A DNA stretch of 64,000 nt from Eledone cirrhosa (lineage: Eukaryota). The translations under genes and the position numbers were made by a program. The notes beneath the pieces were generated by a model, which had not been told where the DNA came from, ran no database searches, and saw only the letters and a program-made list of their open reading frames with translations. The stretch spans positions 207,762,001-207,826,000 of the forward strand of contig OZ024741.1 of NCBI GenBank assembly GCA_964016885.1, given 5' to 3'. Shown here one piece after another: positions 18,576-32,442 of this stretch; position 1 is the first letter of the stretch, and each line of letters opens with the position of its first letter.

Positions 18576-18634
<59 letters not shown>

Positions 18635-18644
18635 ACATATGTAT

Positions 18645-18676
<32 letters not shown>

Positions 18677-18735
18677 GTGTGTGTGTGTATGTGTGTGCGT
18701 ATGTGTGAGTGTGTGTGTGTATGTGTGTGTGTATA

Positions 18736-18834
18736 CAGGGTGTCCCGAAAAAATGCATACATACTTTAATTACCTGTACGGGCAATATTTATTAGATTGC
18801 TGTTGAAGTGTGTATACATTTTTGGGACACCCTG
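18736..18834. mobile_element. Tc1/mariner-type MITE (99 bp)
   Basis: TIRs CAGGGTGTCCC...GGGACACCCTG flanked by TA on both sides. Confidence 0.85.
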
Positions 18835-18906
18835 TATATATGAAGCAAAGATGAAGCAATCACCATGTATGTATTTATAAATACATACATGCATTCATAC
18901 ATACAA

Positions 18907-21900
18907 ACATGGTGATTGTTTCATCTTTGCAGATGATTGGCGTCTCCCTATGCACCCTCATTAACCGTCACCAACTTCTGCACGGTCTGCAGCAAATGTG
19001 ACAGACAAAAGTTGTAGTCTCTATTGGATTGATTGGGTCAGTTTGTGGGATGTCATCCTTATGTACCCTCATATGCCTTTTAAGAACAGAGATTGATTTG
19101 CAGATCCTTTTGCCCACCACACGAGTTGTCTCACCTAGCATTGGAGGAATAGAGGTGAATACAGTTGGCTTTTTATGTGATTTTATATGAGTGATGGCCC
19201 CAGATTTACAGAGCAGTGGATGACCATACCTCACAAATCCAATTCCCTATGTTCTTATTGAGGTTAATACTGTGGCCTTTTTGAAGCTGACGTTTAGGTT
19301 TTTCAAGGTCAAGACACCTCTCTTCAAACATTCTGCAGCCTTCCTTCACATTTCCTCTCCATTCACCCCTCTTTAAAGTTCTGAACTTCAAACTGTAGAT
19401 CTTTAAGGTTGTTTTTAAGCAATCTTTATATCTTTTTCTTGGTTGGTGCTGAGGGCGTTTCCCAGTGTGCAATTGACTGTAAGATAGTTGTTTTGGGAGT
19501 GTTTCCTCATTCATGCGCATATGGCCTACCCAACGCATTTGAGAGGATATGATGGTAGATTCAATGCTCGTGCAACCAGCCTCTATAAGGATTTGTATGT
19601 CAGATATTTTTTGTTGCTATTTGATGTTTAGAATTCATCTTAAACACTCTTAATTAAAGTGTTCAAGCGAATTAAGGTGTCTACGTTTCCGAAGAGTATA
19701 TCAGAGTACTAAGAATGCAGGCCTTGTACACACTAATCTTGGTCTTGATATTTATGCCATGATCTGCCCACACGCTCTTTTCATGTTTTCCGAAGGCTAC
19801 AGAGGCCTTCTGAATGCGCAGATGTATTTCTGCATCCAGTGAACCATCCCTCGACAATGCATTACCCAGGTAAACAAAAGTGTCAACTACACCCAACCTG
19901 TTCCATGTACCATAATATTTGGTTCAATATATGCTTCCCCTGGTGAGGGGGTGAACATTACCTTAGTCTTTTTTAGATTAATGTTCATACCAAAGGCATT
20001 ACAAGAAGCTGAAAAACAATCCATGATGTGTTGCATGTCATGTTGAGAGTGAGCCAGAAAGTCAACATCGTCTGCATACGAGAGTTTTCTAATTAATATT
20101 TGGAACAAGTTGGATTTGAAATTGAACCTCCTTAGGTCTAAGATTCTTCCTGTAGTTTTAACTTGCAGTAGAACACCTTTTACACAGTTCTGGAATGCAT
20201 GAGTCAGCATCAAGCAAAACATATTGAAAATAGTGTGGGAGCCGGGATATCTTCCTGCTTCATGCCATTATCCACTGGGATTTCATTGGACAATTCTCCA
20301 TTCAAGACAACCCAAGCCTTCATATTTCTGTGCAGTTGGACGAACATATAAAAAAACTTTGGTGGGTACCCTATTTTGCCTAGTATTTTCCACAGTTCAC
20401 CGTATCAAACGAATTTGTCCGATCAACAAAAACCTGATACAGAGGAATACGATGCTCACTACATTTCTCCTGTAACTGCCTTGCAGAGAAGATCATATCA
20501 ATCGTCCCTCTGCAAGATCTAAATCCACTTTGTGATTCAGGAATTACTGTAAGACAAATGTCCTCCATCAACCTGTTCAGCAATAATCTAGCAAGAACTT
20601 TGTCCACAGACTCCAACAAAGTAATGCCACGGTAGTGATAGCAAATTCTTTTATCCCCTTTACCTTTAAACAAAGTCATCAAGATACCATCAATCCAATC
20701 TTGTGGTACAAGAGTGCCAGCCCTGCACTCTGAGATGAGATGGTGTATTGTTTATGTTATGTTCTTATTACCAACCTTTAACAGTTCCACAGAGGAGGCC
20801 ATCTGATTCTGGGCCCTACCCGTGTTTAACTGGTTGATGGCCATTTTACCCTCCTTATAATCGATCCATTTTTAAATTTACTACACATTGGGGGATGCCA
20901 TCTACCACATCATGATCAAATGATGATGGATTATCAAATAAATCAGTAAAATCTTACCAACGCTTAATGATTTTCTCTGATTCCTTGATGATGGCAGTGT
21001 GGTCTTTGGACCTTACGGGAACATTAGACGAAGTTGTTGGACCATATACTACACACAAAAGACTATAAAACAGTTTTGCATTATAAGCACTTTACATATC
21101 TTCAGAGATCTTCAACCACCATTTATTTTTAAGGTTTCTCAGCTCGCGTTGTAAGATGGCTTTATATTCTTTATATATATTTTTAAAGCAGTTAAATTCG
21201 TAGGGCACTCTCCCCAAAATGTTTCATGAAGAGCATGTTTTTTTTCTTTAATAGTTGGCTGATAACCAGATTATTATCATCAAACCAGTCTTTATGTTGT
21301 TTTTTCGCCCTGAATTCAAGTTCTTTTGCTCCTGCTATATACAACTGATCCCTGAAGTTTATCCACGTTCCATCGAAGTCAATATTATTCAAACGTTTAT
21401 TCAAAGTCTCACGCACCTCTTGCTGTTTTAAATCACCAACACGCTTCAGTGTTTTGATCCCACACATACGAGATTTTTTTCAGAATACGTAATTTAAGCA
21501 CTCTCCGAACCATCTTATGGTCTGTGTTGCATTCTGCAATACGCATGATGCGCACGTTACAGACATCATTCAGGTCATAACTCCGGGTTACTATGAAATC
21601 TATCATGTGACCATCTTTTTATCTTGGGTGTATCCAGGTAACTTTTAGGCTTCTTCTTTTGGCGGAAGTATGTATTGCAAATTGTTAGGTTGAGTTCCGA
21701 ACAGAGCTTAAGCAGCTTCAAACCATTGGCATTCATCTTACCGATGCCGTAATGGCCAAGTGCATCCCGTGTCTTAAGGTCTCTGCCAACCCAGACATTG
21801 AAATCACCAAGAATTATCACTTTTTTTTCAACTGGAGTAGATGCAATTGTAGCACAAAGGGATTCATAGAATGTCATAATACTTTCTTTACTGGCCTGGA

Positions 21901-23261
21901 GAGTTGGAGCATAAACTGACAAAATTGTTGCACATGGCCCACATGCAAGCAGAATGCACTACTTCATTATACGGTCACTGATTCTAGAGGGGCACTCTAA
22001 ACGTTGTGCTAGAGTTTATCGCAGTGCAAAATCTACACCACCATCTTGCCGTCTCCCTTTGGTTTCCCTGTCTAGAAAAGTGCGAAAGCTGATGATGGAT
22101 AGATGTGTTTCTGACAAGGCTACAATATCTATATTTAATCTTTGGATTTTCTTTCTTACCAGTACGATTCTTCTTTCTGGTCGGTTTGATGAGTTTTGGT
22201 CCAGAAGGTTCTGACATTCCAGAGAAAATATTGAGTTTGATTCGATTTTTCATAAATGATTTTTACTTTGTAATTCACTTTTTCTTTTCCAGCTTGAATG
22301 AACCGCCGTTAGCCTCAGTAAACTATTCAATGTTGATGTGAGAGGCAATTTTCAATGCCCCTTTTCTAGCACCTTCCCAAGAATTAGGGTGAGCACTGTT
22401 CTCTCAAATAGGGCTGCTAAGACACAGGCGTCTCCACCGAAGTTAGCTCCTATCACGGGAAGACATAACAACGATGTTATGATAAGATCCCTGCAGCCTA
22501 TATGTAGATTTGCAACTATATGCTTCCAACTGGTCAAGTCTGCACACTGGTCAAATAGCACTTTCAGCTGTTAAAATTACAGATGAGGAGATCATAGAAG
22601 ACACATCTATACACCATTGGATTATAGTGGCAAAAGCTTGTACTACACGAGCACCACTCTCTAAGTTTCAGTTATTATTGTCTGGTAACAAGCCTGGGCC
22701 AGATGACCAGGAATCACATAAACTGCAGGTTTTATTTCAAAATTTCCCTCTTTTAGAAAGATACTGTAACAACAGCTCGGGGTCCTTCACTCCCACTGGA
22801 TTTTCTTTTTACCCATCTGCGGGCCACGACACCTGCAAATGGGTTGCAATGATTCTATGACTCTTTCATAGTAGACCAGGGACTCTATCCCATTTGAAAG
22901 TTTAAAAAACGTTAAAATGTGAAAAGAAATTATAAAAATGTTAAAGGTTTTTAAAAGTTTTAAAAGGGTTTTTAAATTAAACATTTTTTTCTATCAAATA
23001 TATATAAATTTACACAGATAAGCGTACAATCAAACCCCCACACACCCACACCCATACAGTATATACACATTTACACGTTATTGGATGGCCGTTGACTCTT
23101 ATGAGTTCTTCCGCCCTTCGTCAGGTTTTGTTTTTTGTCCTGCAAGGTATTCAAAATCACCCTCCTCACCAAGTAAACTACGTGGGGTTGCCGGTTTAGT
23201 TGCCCAACCATGAAACAGGTTGTACTGGGTTAGCTGTTACCAGTAACACTCAAGAGCGACC
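18907..23261 (-). mobile_element. RTE-clade LINE, near full length, heavily degraded
   Basis: Minus fragments: APE (SVYAPT, GDFN, GKMNANG), RT (YRGITLL, PESQSGFR, FSARQLQEKC, YADD), RWVGH..RM and C-terminal C2H2 remnants. The 5' UTR at 22720-22810 matches 29545-29640, and 23080-23261 matches 62008-62195. Confidence 0.9.
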
Positions 23262-23274
23262 ATACATATATACA

Positions 23275-23730
23275 TCATTATTGGAGATATAGGTTATATA
23301 CCAGCCCGCTTGGACGAAAGTATAACTGAACTTGAATTTGTGGACAAAGTGCAGCTCCCTTATTCATAGACTACAAATGGCTGCGATAGCTGTCACCTTC
23401 AACATTTGCAAAACATTCTTGCGATTCAAGGGATGACAATTTCTTTTCTTTTACAACCTTGCCAATCGATGTCAACATAGTGAGAAAAATGCGAGAGAAG
23501 GAGGATATCTATGGACCATTGATGAGGAGTTTACAAATCCAGTATCCAAGATACACGTTCAGCTTCATACCTGGAGGTGCAGGATATATGCCAAACCGCC
23601 TTGAGCAGAAAATGACTGAACTTCGATTTTCAAAGAAAGAAGATAGCTCTTTAATTAATAAGCGACAAATTGCCACAATATTTGGAGCCTTCAAAATTTG
23701 TAAAACATTCTTATGATTCAAAGGATGAAT
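23275..23730 (+). mobile_element. 3' fragment(s) of an RLE-type (R4/Dong-like) LINE
   Basis: PIDVNIVRKMREKEDIYGPL...IPGGAGYMP...KICKTFL resembles the RLE C-termini of the elements at 32583 and 37904. 23275-23420 is a second decayed copy of the same end. Confidence 0.65.
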
Positions 23731-24837
23731 GATTGCGCACGAGACGACGAAAATATCCTTTTCTTGCCTTGCCACTAGGAAGGTGGGTGATCAAAGATAA
23801 ACTGAAAATTACGATAAAGAGAATATACATACATATATGTATAAGTATGAGTGTATGTGTTTGTGGGGACATCATTGTGTGTACGATATTTTATAAACTT
23901 CCATCCCTAATCTATTTCATATCATGTTATTTGCCTTATTTTCATTGACCTATCTTCAAATTTTAGTCTCACTATAAATTTGTTTTCTTGTATGAACCTG
24001 TCGCATCGTTATTTAGTATTTCTCCTCTGAATATGTTTTTGTCTCATGTATTTCTTATGTACAGTATTTGATACATAATATCAGGTCTCAAAAACATGTT
24101 TGTTTATCGTTAGCAAATTCTCTGCTTTAACTGGACATCAAACGAGATAACGAGGTAGTCTATATACTGTCGCTTGACATGCTAAAAATAGCCACTAAAT
24201 TGCTTTCGAATAAGTTCTACCGTTAAATAAATACGACAAATTGGAGTGCAGTCACTGATATACAGAAATATGAGATATTTCTGGCTGAAACGCCCTTACA
24301 TATAGTTATACTGAAATTAAAACGTAGGAGACAGGTCCATTAGGAGATGTTATGGAACGCTGGCTAGGAAAGGCTAGACTATTTGAACATCAAATTGGAG
24401 CGTATTTGAGCGATACTATATTCTCTAATTAGTTGAAAGTGATCTCCTCAGTCCAAAATAAATATACCTAACGGAAAGAGTTCATTAACTTTTTATTAAA
24501 GAAGTTATTTAGGATGTAATATGGCAAGTGACTTTTACACCACCCTGTAGTTTAGATCCTATTTCATTATGGCTATTACAGTATGATACAATCAACAGAA
24601 CGAACGATGAAATACTTTTCAGTATTGAGTTACAAACACTTACGTTCTACTTGACTATACTTTTTTAAAGTCTTCTCGATTCAATAAGATAAGTACTTGC
24701 CAGATACTGTGTAAATATAATTGACCATAATTTCTACGGAATGTGTTGGCTTGTGCTTATCTTAGAAATCTTCATTACTTCTTTCTTTGAAAATTATATT
24801 CAGCTTCCACACACACACACATATATATATATATATA

Positions 24838-25510
24838 CGTAGGTCCCGGGTTGAGTCGGGGATAACCACAGTAAGTAAGGTACTCAATACATGGTAGATA
24901 AAACATTTTTTATTTTATAGAAGGAGCTTCTACAGGACTAGTACTGTTTCATTCAGATGAAATCTTCAGGAAGCTGGGTGTCATATTAAGTTCTGGTATT
25001 TATACATTTAGGTAGTGGTAAGGGAGGGGTGGTGGCTGGGGGGGATTTTTTGGGGTAGGATGGTATTTAGATACACAGGACCACAACATGGAACAGGCCG
25101 TTTTTTCTTTGGGGAGTGGTCAATTAGCCAGAGTGCTTTTTTTAAATAAATAAATAAATAATAAATAAATGAATAAATAGATAAATGAATAAATAAATAA
25201 AGAAAATAAATAGAAAAAAATAGAAAAAAAATAAGTAAAAACCCCAAGAATAGTAATTCAACAGAAATTTAGTAGGGAAATTTTTTTAGGTGGGTTGGGA
25301 ATAGAAGATAAACAAGACCGAATCATGGCACAGACTGAGGTGAGTGGTCAAGTTAACATACAAGCCACAGGTGGCCAGAGTGTTTTTGTAGAATGGAAAG
25401 AATAAAATATATTTACATACTCACAACCACATACAAAAACACTTACACACACATATATATAAATGCATACCCATACACACACATATATATATACATATAT
25501 ATATATATAT
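24838..25510 (-). mobile_element. Penelope pLTR/3' terminus, homologous to 50220-50820
   Basis: Near-identical reverse complement of 50220-50820; carries a hammerhead. Confidence 0.85.
24925..24975 (-). ncRNA. Type-I hammerhead ribozyme
   Basis: Reverse complement: AGCTTC-CTGAAGA-TTTCATCTGAAT-GAAA-CAG-TACTAGTC-CTG-TA-GAAGCT. Confidence 0.85.
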
Positions 25511-25511
25511 A

Positions 25512-28500
25512 CAATATTAAATAAATGGAAACTATATTTATAAAACCATATTTATTTCATTATATATATTTCAGGGATATCATATTAACAATATGCTATG
25601 CCTTCCTCAGACAAAATACAATATAAACAGTTTTATAGATAAATAGATTTGACATACCGTAACAACATCGACTTGTATTTGAAAAGTTGAATTGGCAGTG
25701 AAAAAATTGTACACAGAGAGAAAGAAAGAGAGAAAAAAGGAAAGAAAGACAGAAAACGAAGAAAAAGAAGAAAAAGAAGAAATGCATGGAACAAAATAGA
25801 GAGATGGAAAGATAGATAAAGAGAAGAACTTCATGTAAAGAAACAGAGAGAGATATATATATATATAGAGAGAGGAAATAGAGATAGATATATATATATA
25901 GAAAACTAGGTAGTGGGACGTCCGTTGAGTAAACGTATCAATGATACATTTATTTATTTATTTATTTATTTAGCTCTAGTATTAATGTAAGGGAGATATA
26001 TGGAGAGAAACCAGCTGTTATATAGAGAGAAAAATTTAAAAATAACCAGACATAGGCGAAGCGTAAAAACCCTATGTTTTAATGTAGAGGCATTAGTATG
26101 TATAAAAACCAGCCACTATATTGTAAATATCAGTATTCCTGAATGAGACATTTATCCATAATGTGTGAAAAGTAATGATCTTATGTTTAGTTTTTTTAAA
26201 AAATTCATATGTTTATGTGATAACTACAAACATCTATGTGAATTTACATGATCAATTCTGCAAACCCTAAGTTCACGGAAAACATTCTCATTGTGGTATA
26301 AAAATTTAAGTATACATATATGTGTATATATATACACACACAAATATATATAGAGTCAATATTACTACTATTCCTGTCTTTACTCTACAAGATTATCTAT
26401 CAAGCAGAAATAGAGAGCAGATTTCAATATACTAATAAAAATATATATCAGAAACAAAACTAAAAAATAACAATAATAATAATAAGTAATAATAAAATAG
26501 AAAACTAAAAAATATTACGAAAGAATATTACATATTAAAAATATTACATATTAAAAATATTAAAAATAAAAATATTAGAAAATACTACAATAATAAAAAT
26601 AATAAAAATAAACCACAAAGATCAACCCTTCAAAATTAATTGACAATATATTGCCAAGTTCATTATAAGCATCAGAGTCGAAAAACAGATAAAGCCAAAA
26701 ATTATCTATCAAATCGCATCTAGCAAAGATCATTTCAAAAAGTTTAGGATGCCCATTTGGTCTACATGTGTTCTTATATTTAATATAGAAGTTTATCTAG
26801 TGTAACGTTTATTCGAAATATTTGGAGCATCAACTTTTAGGGTAGCTTAATTTTTCGTGAAGAATGTTTAAATAAAAATAAAAAAATAAAAAGAATAAAA
26901 AGAATAAAAAGAAGAAATCAAAGATTTATCGGCTAGTTTCTCATATAATTATAAATCAAACTAAATATACTACATTTTAAATTTAAATTTATATTTAAAC
27001 GTTGAGTTTAATCTATGTTTGCAGCAACTGAATAAATTTGTCCGTAGATTAAGGGAATTTTTAGATTTTAGTATAAAGAATATCTCCTCTGCGCAGAGGT
27101 CACATGTCTCAGAGGATGAATTAAAAGGAATCCCTCTTGAGACTATATTCCAAGCCATCGAATATCTAACGTTATCTAGCTTAAGTTGCCAGAGTACGCC
27201 TGATAGTGCCGTTGAAGATTTTTTGCTTGGATCTGTGAAAGAATTCTTGTGGTTATTATAGCGAAGTTTAAATTCCGTCGATGTGGGACCGACGTAGTTA
27301 AAAGAATTAGAGTCAGTATTAACATTACAATTGTATACTATATTTTTAACTAAGCAGTTGTTATTTAACGGACATTTAGATCTATCTCTACAGTTACATT
27401 TGTTAACTTGTATATTATTTATGCTATTATCACTAGGTTTTAAGTTCCTATTATTTATTCTATTAATATTTTGTGCTAAATTTTTGGTGGATGAGTAGGT
27501 TAATTTTATTGTATGTCTATTGAAAATTGAGTGATACCTATGTGTTCTAGGGAAGCGATTATCAAGAGCTTTAAAAAATAGTTTAGCGATGTGGGTTTTA
27601 ATGTTTAGTGAGAAAGGGGGGGCAAACCAAATTATGTTCCTAGTTCTATTTCTTTTTTGGCCTTTGGAATTATTGTAATGCTTTCTATTATAGTTGTTAA
27701 GGTTGTTGCCGTAATTAAAATAGTTGTTATTTTGTTTAGTTTATCTATCATTATCTATGTACACAATCTTATCAGCATATCCTGCTCTAGCTAATGCTTC
27801 ATTGTAGTATTGGGCTTTTTCGTCGAAAATCTTTCTATTCGACGAGATCCTAGAGATACGTTTTTGAACAGAGTTTACTATAGTGTTTTTGACAGATCTG
27901 GGGTGGTTAGAGTTAAAGTTGACATAGTTTAAGTTTTCATTCAACTTGTGAAAAGGATAGTGAAGACATGTGTTGAGATTTAATGTTATATCTAGGAAAT
28001 TGACTATTCTATGGTTGTTCTCAATTTCTATTTTAAGATTAAAGTAATTAAAAAATTGTGTAATTTGTTTACATTTTCTATTTAGTTCAGAGTTATTATT
28101 ATCAATAAGTAAAAGCATGTCATCTCTATATAAACCTCCGGTAGTACCAGGTATTTTCCTATGTAGCGAATTGATTAAAAATAAGCCCACAAGGTCAGTT
28201 ACCTGAGCTGAGTCGGATGATCCCATAGTAATGTCAAAATTGCTATCTCTATCTGCTCTGGTCCATAGTTGGTCATTAAATTCTATCAAAGTTTTCCTAG
28301 CCGATAATATAATATGCATTTCATTGCTAGTTAGGTCAGTATGTTTGAATGCGTAATTTAGTGCCTTATTTAGTAGATTAGGGGGTAATAGAAGAATAAT
28401 AGTTAGCTATATCAAGTTGAATAAACTTATTATTATTGTTATATTTAATTTGCTTAAACCACTCAACAACCTCTCCAGTTCCCTTCCACAAGCTCAGGTT

Positions 28501-28701
28501 AGATAAACAATCCAAGTTCTTAATTTGCTGTATCACCCTGTCAAGAATGTTTTTGCTTAATTTGCCCAGGTCCGATTTTGATGGTGCGATCAATCTAACT
28601 GGCAAGTCATTTTCAAAATTCCTCTTGTGATCTTTCATATTGATCTTCGGTTTCCTGGGCACGAAAGGTTGTGTTCTGTTCTCAATTTCCAACTCGTGCA
28701 T
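25512..28701 (-). mobile_element. Penelope-like element 1 (RT + C-terminal GIY-YIG), 5'-truncated and disrupted, with long AT-rich tail
   Basis: KDHK..F, DIANYYSSI, FDITMGS, LYRDD, SNHP; endonuclease region CNCRDRSKCPLNNNCL..NIVY...YVG and CDLC. Possibly Nematis-like (not verified). Confidence 0.92.
25554..25617 (-). ncRNA. Type-I hammerhead ribozyme at the 3' end of Penelope element 1
   Basis: Reverse complement: ATTTTGT-CTGAGGA-AGG..CATATT-GTT-AATATG..CCT-GAAA-TATATA-TA-ATGAAAT. Stem I pairs fully, with two G-U pairs. Confidence 0.78.
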
Positions 28702-29492
28702 TATACAGTCTCTCTCTCTCTGTTAGCCTCTTCCTCACCTTTCACTCACTCACTCTCTGTCACTACCTCTCCTCCTCCCCTTTCTTCCCGTTTGACCTGT
28801 CCATAATCCTTTTCTCGCGGTCACTTGGCCAAGCCGGTATGAATTTGTTTCTCTCTCTCTCTCGTCTGCGACTGCACAGAACTTATGTTTACCGAATTCG
28901 CAGACCAGACCCCTTCTTCCTCCCGTTAGACCTGTGCGAAATTCCTTCCTTGCTCACATTTCAACCAGGTTTGATGGTCTTTATTCTCTCGTTCACGATT
29001 CCACCGAATTTATATTCATAGAAATCTGGGACTTGTTTCCTTCTTCATCACTTTCTGCTGCTTTAACCATTTTGTTCGTTTACCCTAGCGTCCCCCTTAT
29101 TTACGTGTCCCAACGACTTTTTTTTAGCCGTTGCTCGCACCAACCTGAGGTATATGGCCTTTAATGCGACGAAATGCCTGCGACGGTTGGATGGCCACTG
29201 ATGAGGACAAACTTTTTCATATGTAACCCATTTGCAGCGCCGCAGCTCCATTATTATCATATATATATACGATCGGCTTCAACTATACAAACTCTTGAAA
29301 GTCAACAGTTGACATAATCTTGTAATCTTGTATCAGTAATGACGGTAATATATATATATATAAGTGAGTAGAGTAGCGTGTGTGTGTGTTTGTTTGTATG
29401 TATGTGTTGCTGTGTGCGCGCATATGTATGCGTGTGTGTGTATGTCGTACGTATAAGTGTCAATAACTGATTTTTTTTTTTTTTTTTTTTTT

Positions 29493-32300
29493 GCGCGGGG
29501 ACATAGAAATAATCGGGCTGGATGCCCGATCGCGCAGTTAAACCACTGGGAGTGAAGAACCCCTAGCCCTTGTCAGGGCATTCTTCTAGGAGAAGGCATC
29601 TCAGGAAACTGGGTTAACTCCGATATAAAACCTGCGGCTCAGTAGTTACCGATGATGTTGATCTTTTCTTCTTTTCGGGTTATAGCTACTGTCGCTCAGA
29701 GAGTGGGATTGGCTCAGTGCACAGTCTTTCCCCACTTTAAAAATATTCGTCACGCACAGGCATTGCACGAGTGCATTAATAATTATTAATAGTGTACTAC
29801 TATTATTATTATTATTATTACTATTATTATTACTTTTTTTTTTTTTTTTTTTTTTTCCAATTCAATGATGTTCCAGAACAATGTAAAAGAGATAATTGGC
29901 AATTTAGGTTCTGGAACAAAAAAGATCATTGGCAATAAGGGCAGGGGCCCCAGTTTATCACAGCCCGCTCGTCATCGTGCCATTGTAATAGAGCCAAACA
30001 AGGCATTTAGTCTTGGCTGCTGAAACGTACGGACGCTGCTTGACAGGGATTCCTTGGAGCGTCCTGAACGAAGGACCGCTCTTGTTGCAAAGGAGCTTCG
30101 ACGTTACGATCTTGACATCGTGGCTTTATCTGAGACGAGGTTAGCTGGAGATGGTCATCTTACGGAATTTTGTGGAGAATATACATTCTTCTGGAAAGGA
30201 AGAGATGAAGGAACCAGAAGAGAGGCTGGGGTGGGATTTGCTGTTAAGACTGTACTTGTGAATAAATTAGAAGAATTCGCAGTAGGGATTAGTGAGCGTC
30301 TTATGTCCATGAGAGTTCCGCTGGACAAAGGAAGATATGCTACCCTGGTGAGTGTGTATGCTCCAACTATGAATTCTGTCGATGAAGAAAAACTGTCCTT
30401 TTACCATGCCTTGAAAGGTGTTCTAAGAAATATCCCTCAGGCAGACAAAGTCATCGTGCTTGGTGACTTTAATGCTAGAGTGGGTAGGGATTTTAACACA
30501 TGGAATGTAATCGGAAGGCATGGGGTGGGAAAGTGTAACAGCAATGGTATGCTCCTGCTGCAGATGTGTGAGGAGCTGGATCTGTGTGTTACCAACACCA
30601 TGTTCCAACAAAAGAACAAATTCAAGATCACATGGATGCATCCTGCATCTAAGGAATGGCATCTTTTGGACTACGTCCTAGTCAGGATGCGTGACAGACA
30701 GGATGTGCAGTGTGTTCGTGTTCTTCGTGGAGCTGAGTGCTGGACGGACCACCGCCTGGTACGCGCAAAAGTGAAACTAATCACCAAACGTAAAATCCGG
30801 GCTCCTGGTGTTACCCTGCCCAAAAGATTGAATGCTGCTCGTCTTAAGGATAAAAATGTGAAGAGGACATTGGAAGAAGAGATGCAGGCTGCAGATCTTG
30901 GTGAGGATTGGCCGACCCTTAAAAAGTCGGTTTATGATGTAGGCAGGCGTGTTCTGGGATTGGTGCAGAGAAAACATCAGGACTGGTTTAATGAGAATGA
31001 TGTACATATAGAAGACTTGTTGGCTGATAAGAGGCGTGCTCTGTCACGCTACTTGACGGCAAAACCACAGGAGAGGAATACGTTGCATGAGGAGCTCAGG
31101 GATGTAAAATCACGTGTTAGGCGGAGTCTTTCTCAGATGAAGGATCAGTGGTGGAGTGAGAAGGCTGGTGAGATACAAACTGCGTCTGATTCCAATAACA
31201 CAAAGCTGTTGTACAGTCTCTTGCGTAAGGTTTATGGACCGTCTTCTTCTCTGGTGACACCGCTTCGCAGCAAGGATAGCAAATAACTTCTTCGTGACTC
31301 ACAGGGAATTCTACGAAGGTGGCGAGAGCACTTTGATGATCTTTTGAATCAGCCGTATGTCGTCAGTGAAGATTTCCTCAATCTCATTCCAGAAAGTCCT
31401 GTGAAAGTAGCTCTCGCAGAACCTCCGACGCTTGTGGAGGTTGCAGTGGCTATTTCGAAGCTGAACAGTGGAAGATCTCCAGGCATGGATGGCATACATG
31501 CTGAGCTCCTACAATATGGTGGTGAGAGACTCCTGCAACATCTGCACTCTTTGTTTGGAAGGATATGGGCTAATGAATCCGTACCTGAGGACTGGAGAGA
31601 TGCAGTAATGGTGGTCTTGTACAAGGGAAAGGGTAACAGGAATGATTGTGGGAACTACAGAGGTATATCATTGCTTTCTGTCGTAGGGAAAGTTTTATGT
31701 AGGGTGCTTCTGGACCGTCTGCTGACACACATTGCAGATTGTGTTCTTCCTGAAAGTCAATCTGGCTTTCGTGCTGGACGCGGCACTACTGATATGATCT
31801 TCTCAGCTAGACAGCTCCAGGAGATACATGGGAAAATATTGCTGCTGATCGTAATAAATGGAGAAAGACTGTATATGAGGGAAAAGTTGCCTTTGAGGCA
31901 TCTCGAATCGCATACGAGAAAGTAAAGCGGGATGTGAGGAAGGGCATTGCTGTTGCACTTCCAGACGGCGAGGGTCCTCCTATGGTGCTGACATGCAGCG
32001 TCTGTGCGAGACTCTGCCTAAGCAAAGCTGGACTCGAAAGTCATCTTCGCAGTCATAAAGTAAGACCAGTGGTTGACTACCAGGCTGCTGTTGGAGATGC
32101 TACTCATCATGCTTGCCAAACATGTGGTAGAGAATGTAAATCAGCAGGAGGGCTCAAGCGACATGCAAAAGTACACGAACTCCAACCACAGCCGACTATT
32201 CCCAGTGAATGTTTTGGTTGCCGACTCTGTGCAAGACATTGTAGATCATTGGCTGGGCTAAAAAGCCACATTCGATCGCAGCACTGTTAGTTGTTATCGT
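29493..32300 (+). mobile_element. RTE-clade LINE with internal deletion of the RT core and three C-terminal C2H2 fingers
   Basis: 5' UTR motif CTAGGAGAAGG. APE ORF 30054-31286 (SETR, YAPT, GDFNAR, LLDY, TDHR). RT start through FSARQLQE, then a jump at ~31822 to the C-terminus. C2H2 fingers at 31934-32290. Confidence 0.93.
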
Positions 32301-32405
32301 GTGTGTGTGTGTGTGTGTGTAGATATGCTTATGTGCGTGCGTGTGTGTGTATATATATATGAATATGTATATTATTATTGTTGTTGTCGTTATTATTATT
32401 ATTGC

Positions 32406-32440
<35 letters not shown>

Positions 32441-32442
<2 letters not shown>

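Larger units (their letters stand above)
17624..18580. mobile_element. Retrozyme-like element family A (~468-bp unit) forming a 446-bp-arm palindrome
   Basis: 17624-18069 is the reverse complement of 18078-18523 (8-nt spacer; mirrored identical ORFs in the track). The right arm continues into a second unit and ends in (TA)n. Confidence 0.9.

Noticed and set aside
29165-29215. GACGAAA...CTGATGAG as a type-II hammerhead
   Set aside because: Stems I-III do not pair convincingly and no GAAA follows the CTGATGA.
28700-29340. Possible 5' extension of Penelope element 1 or a host exon
   Set aside because: All frames are interrupted and show no Penelope motifs; origin unresolved.
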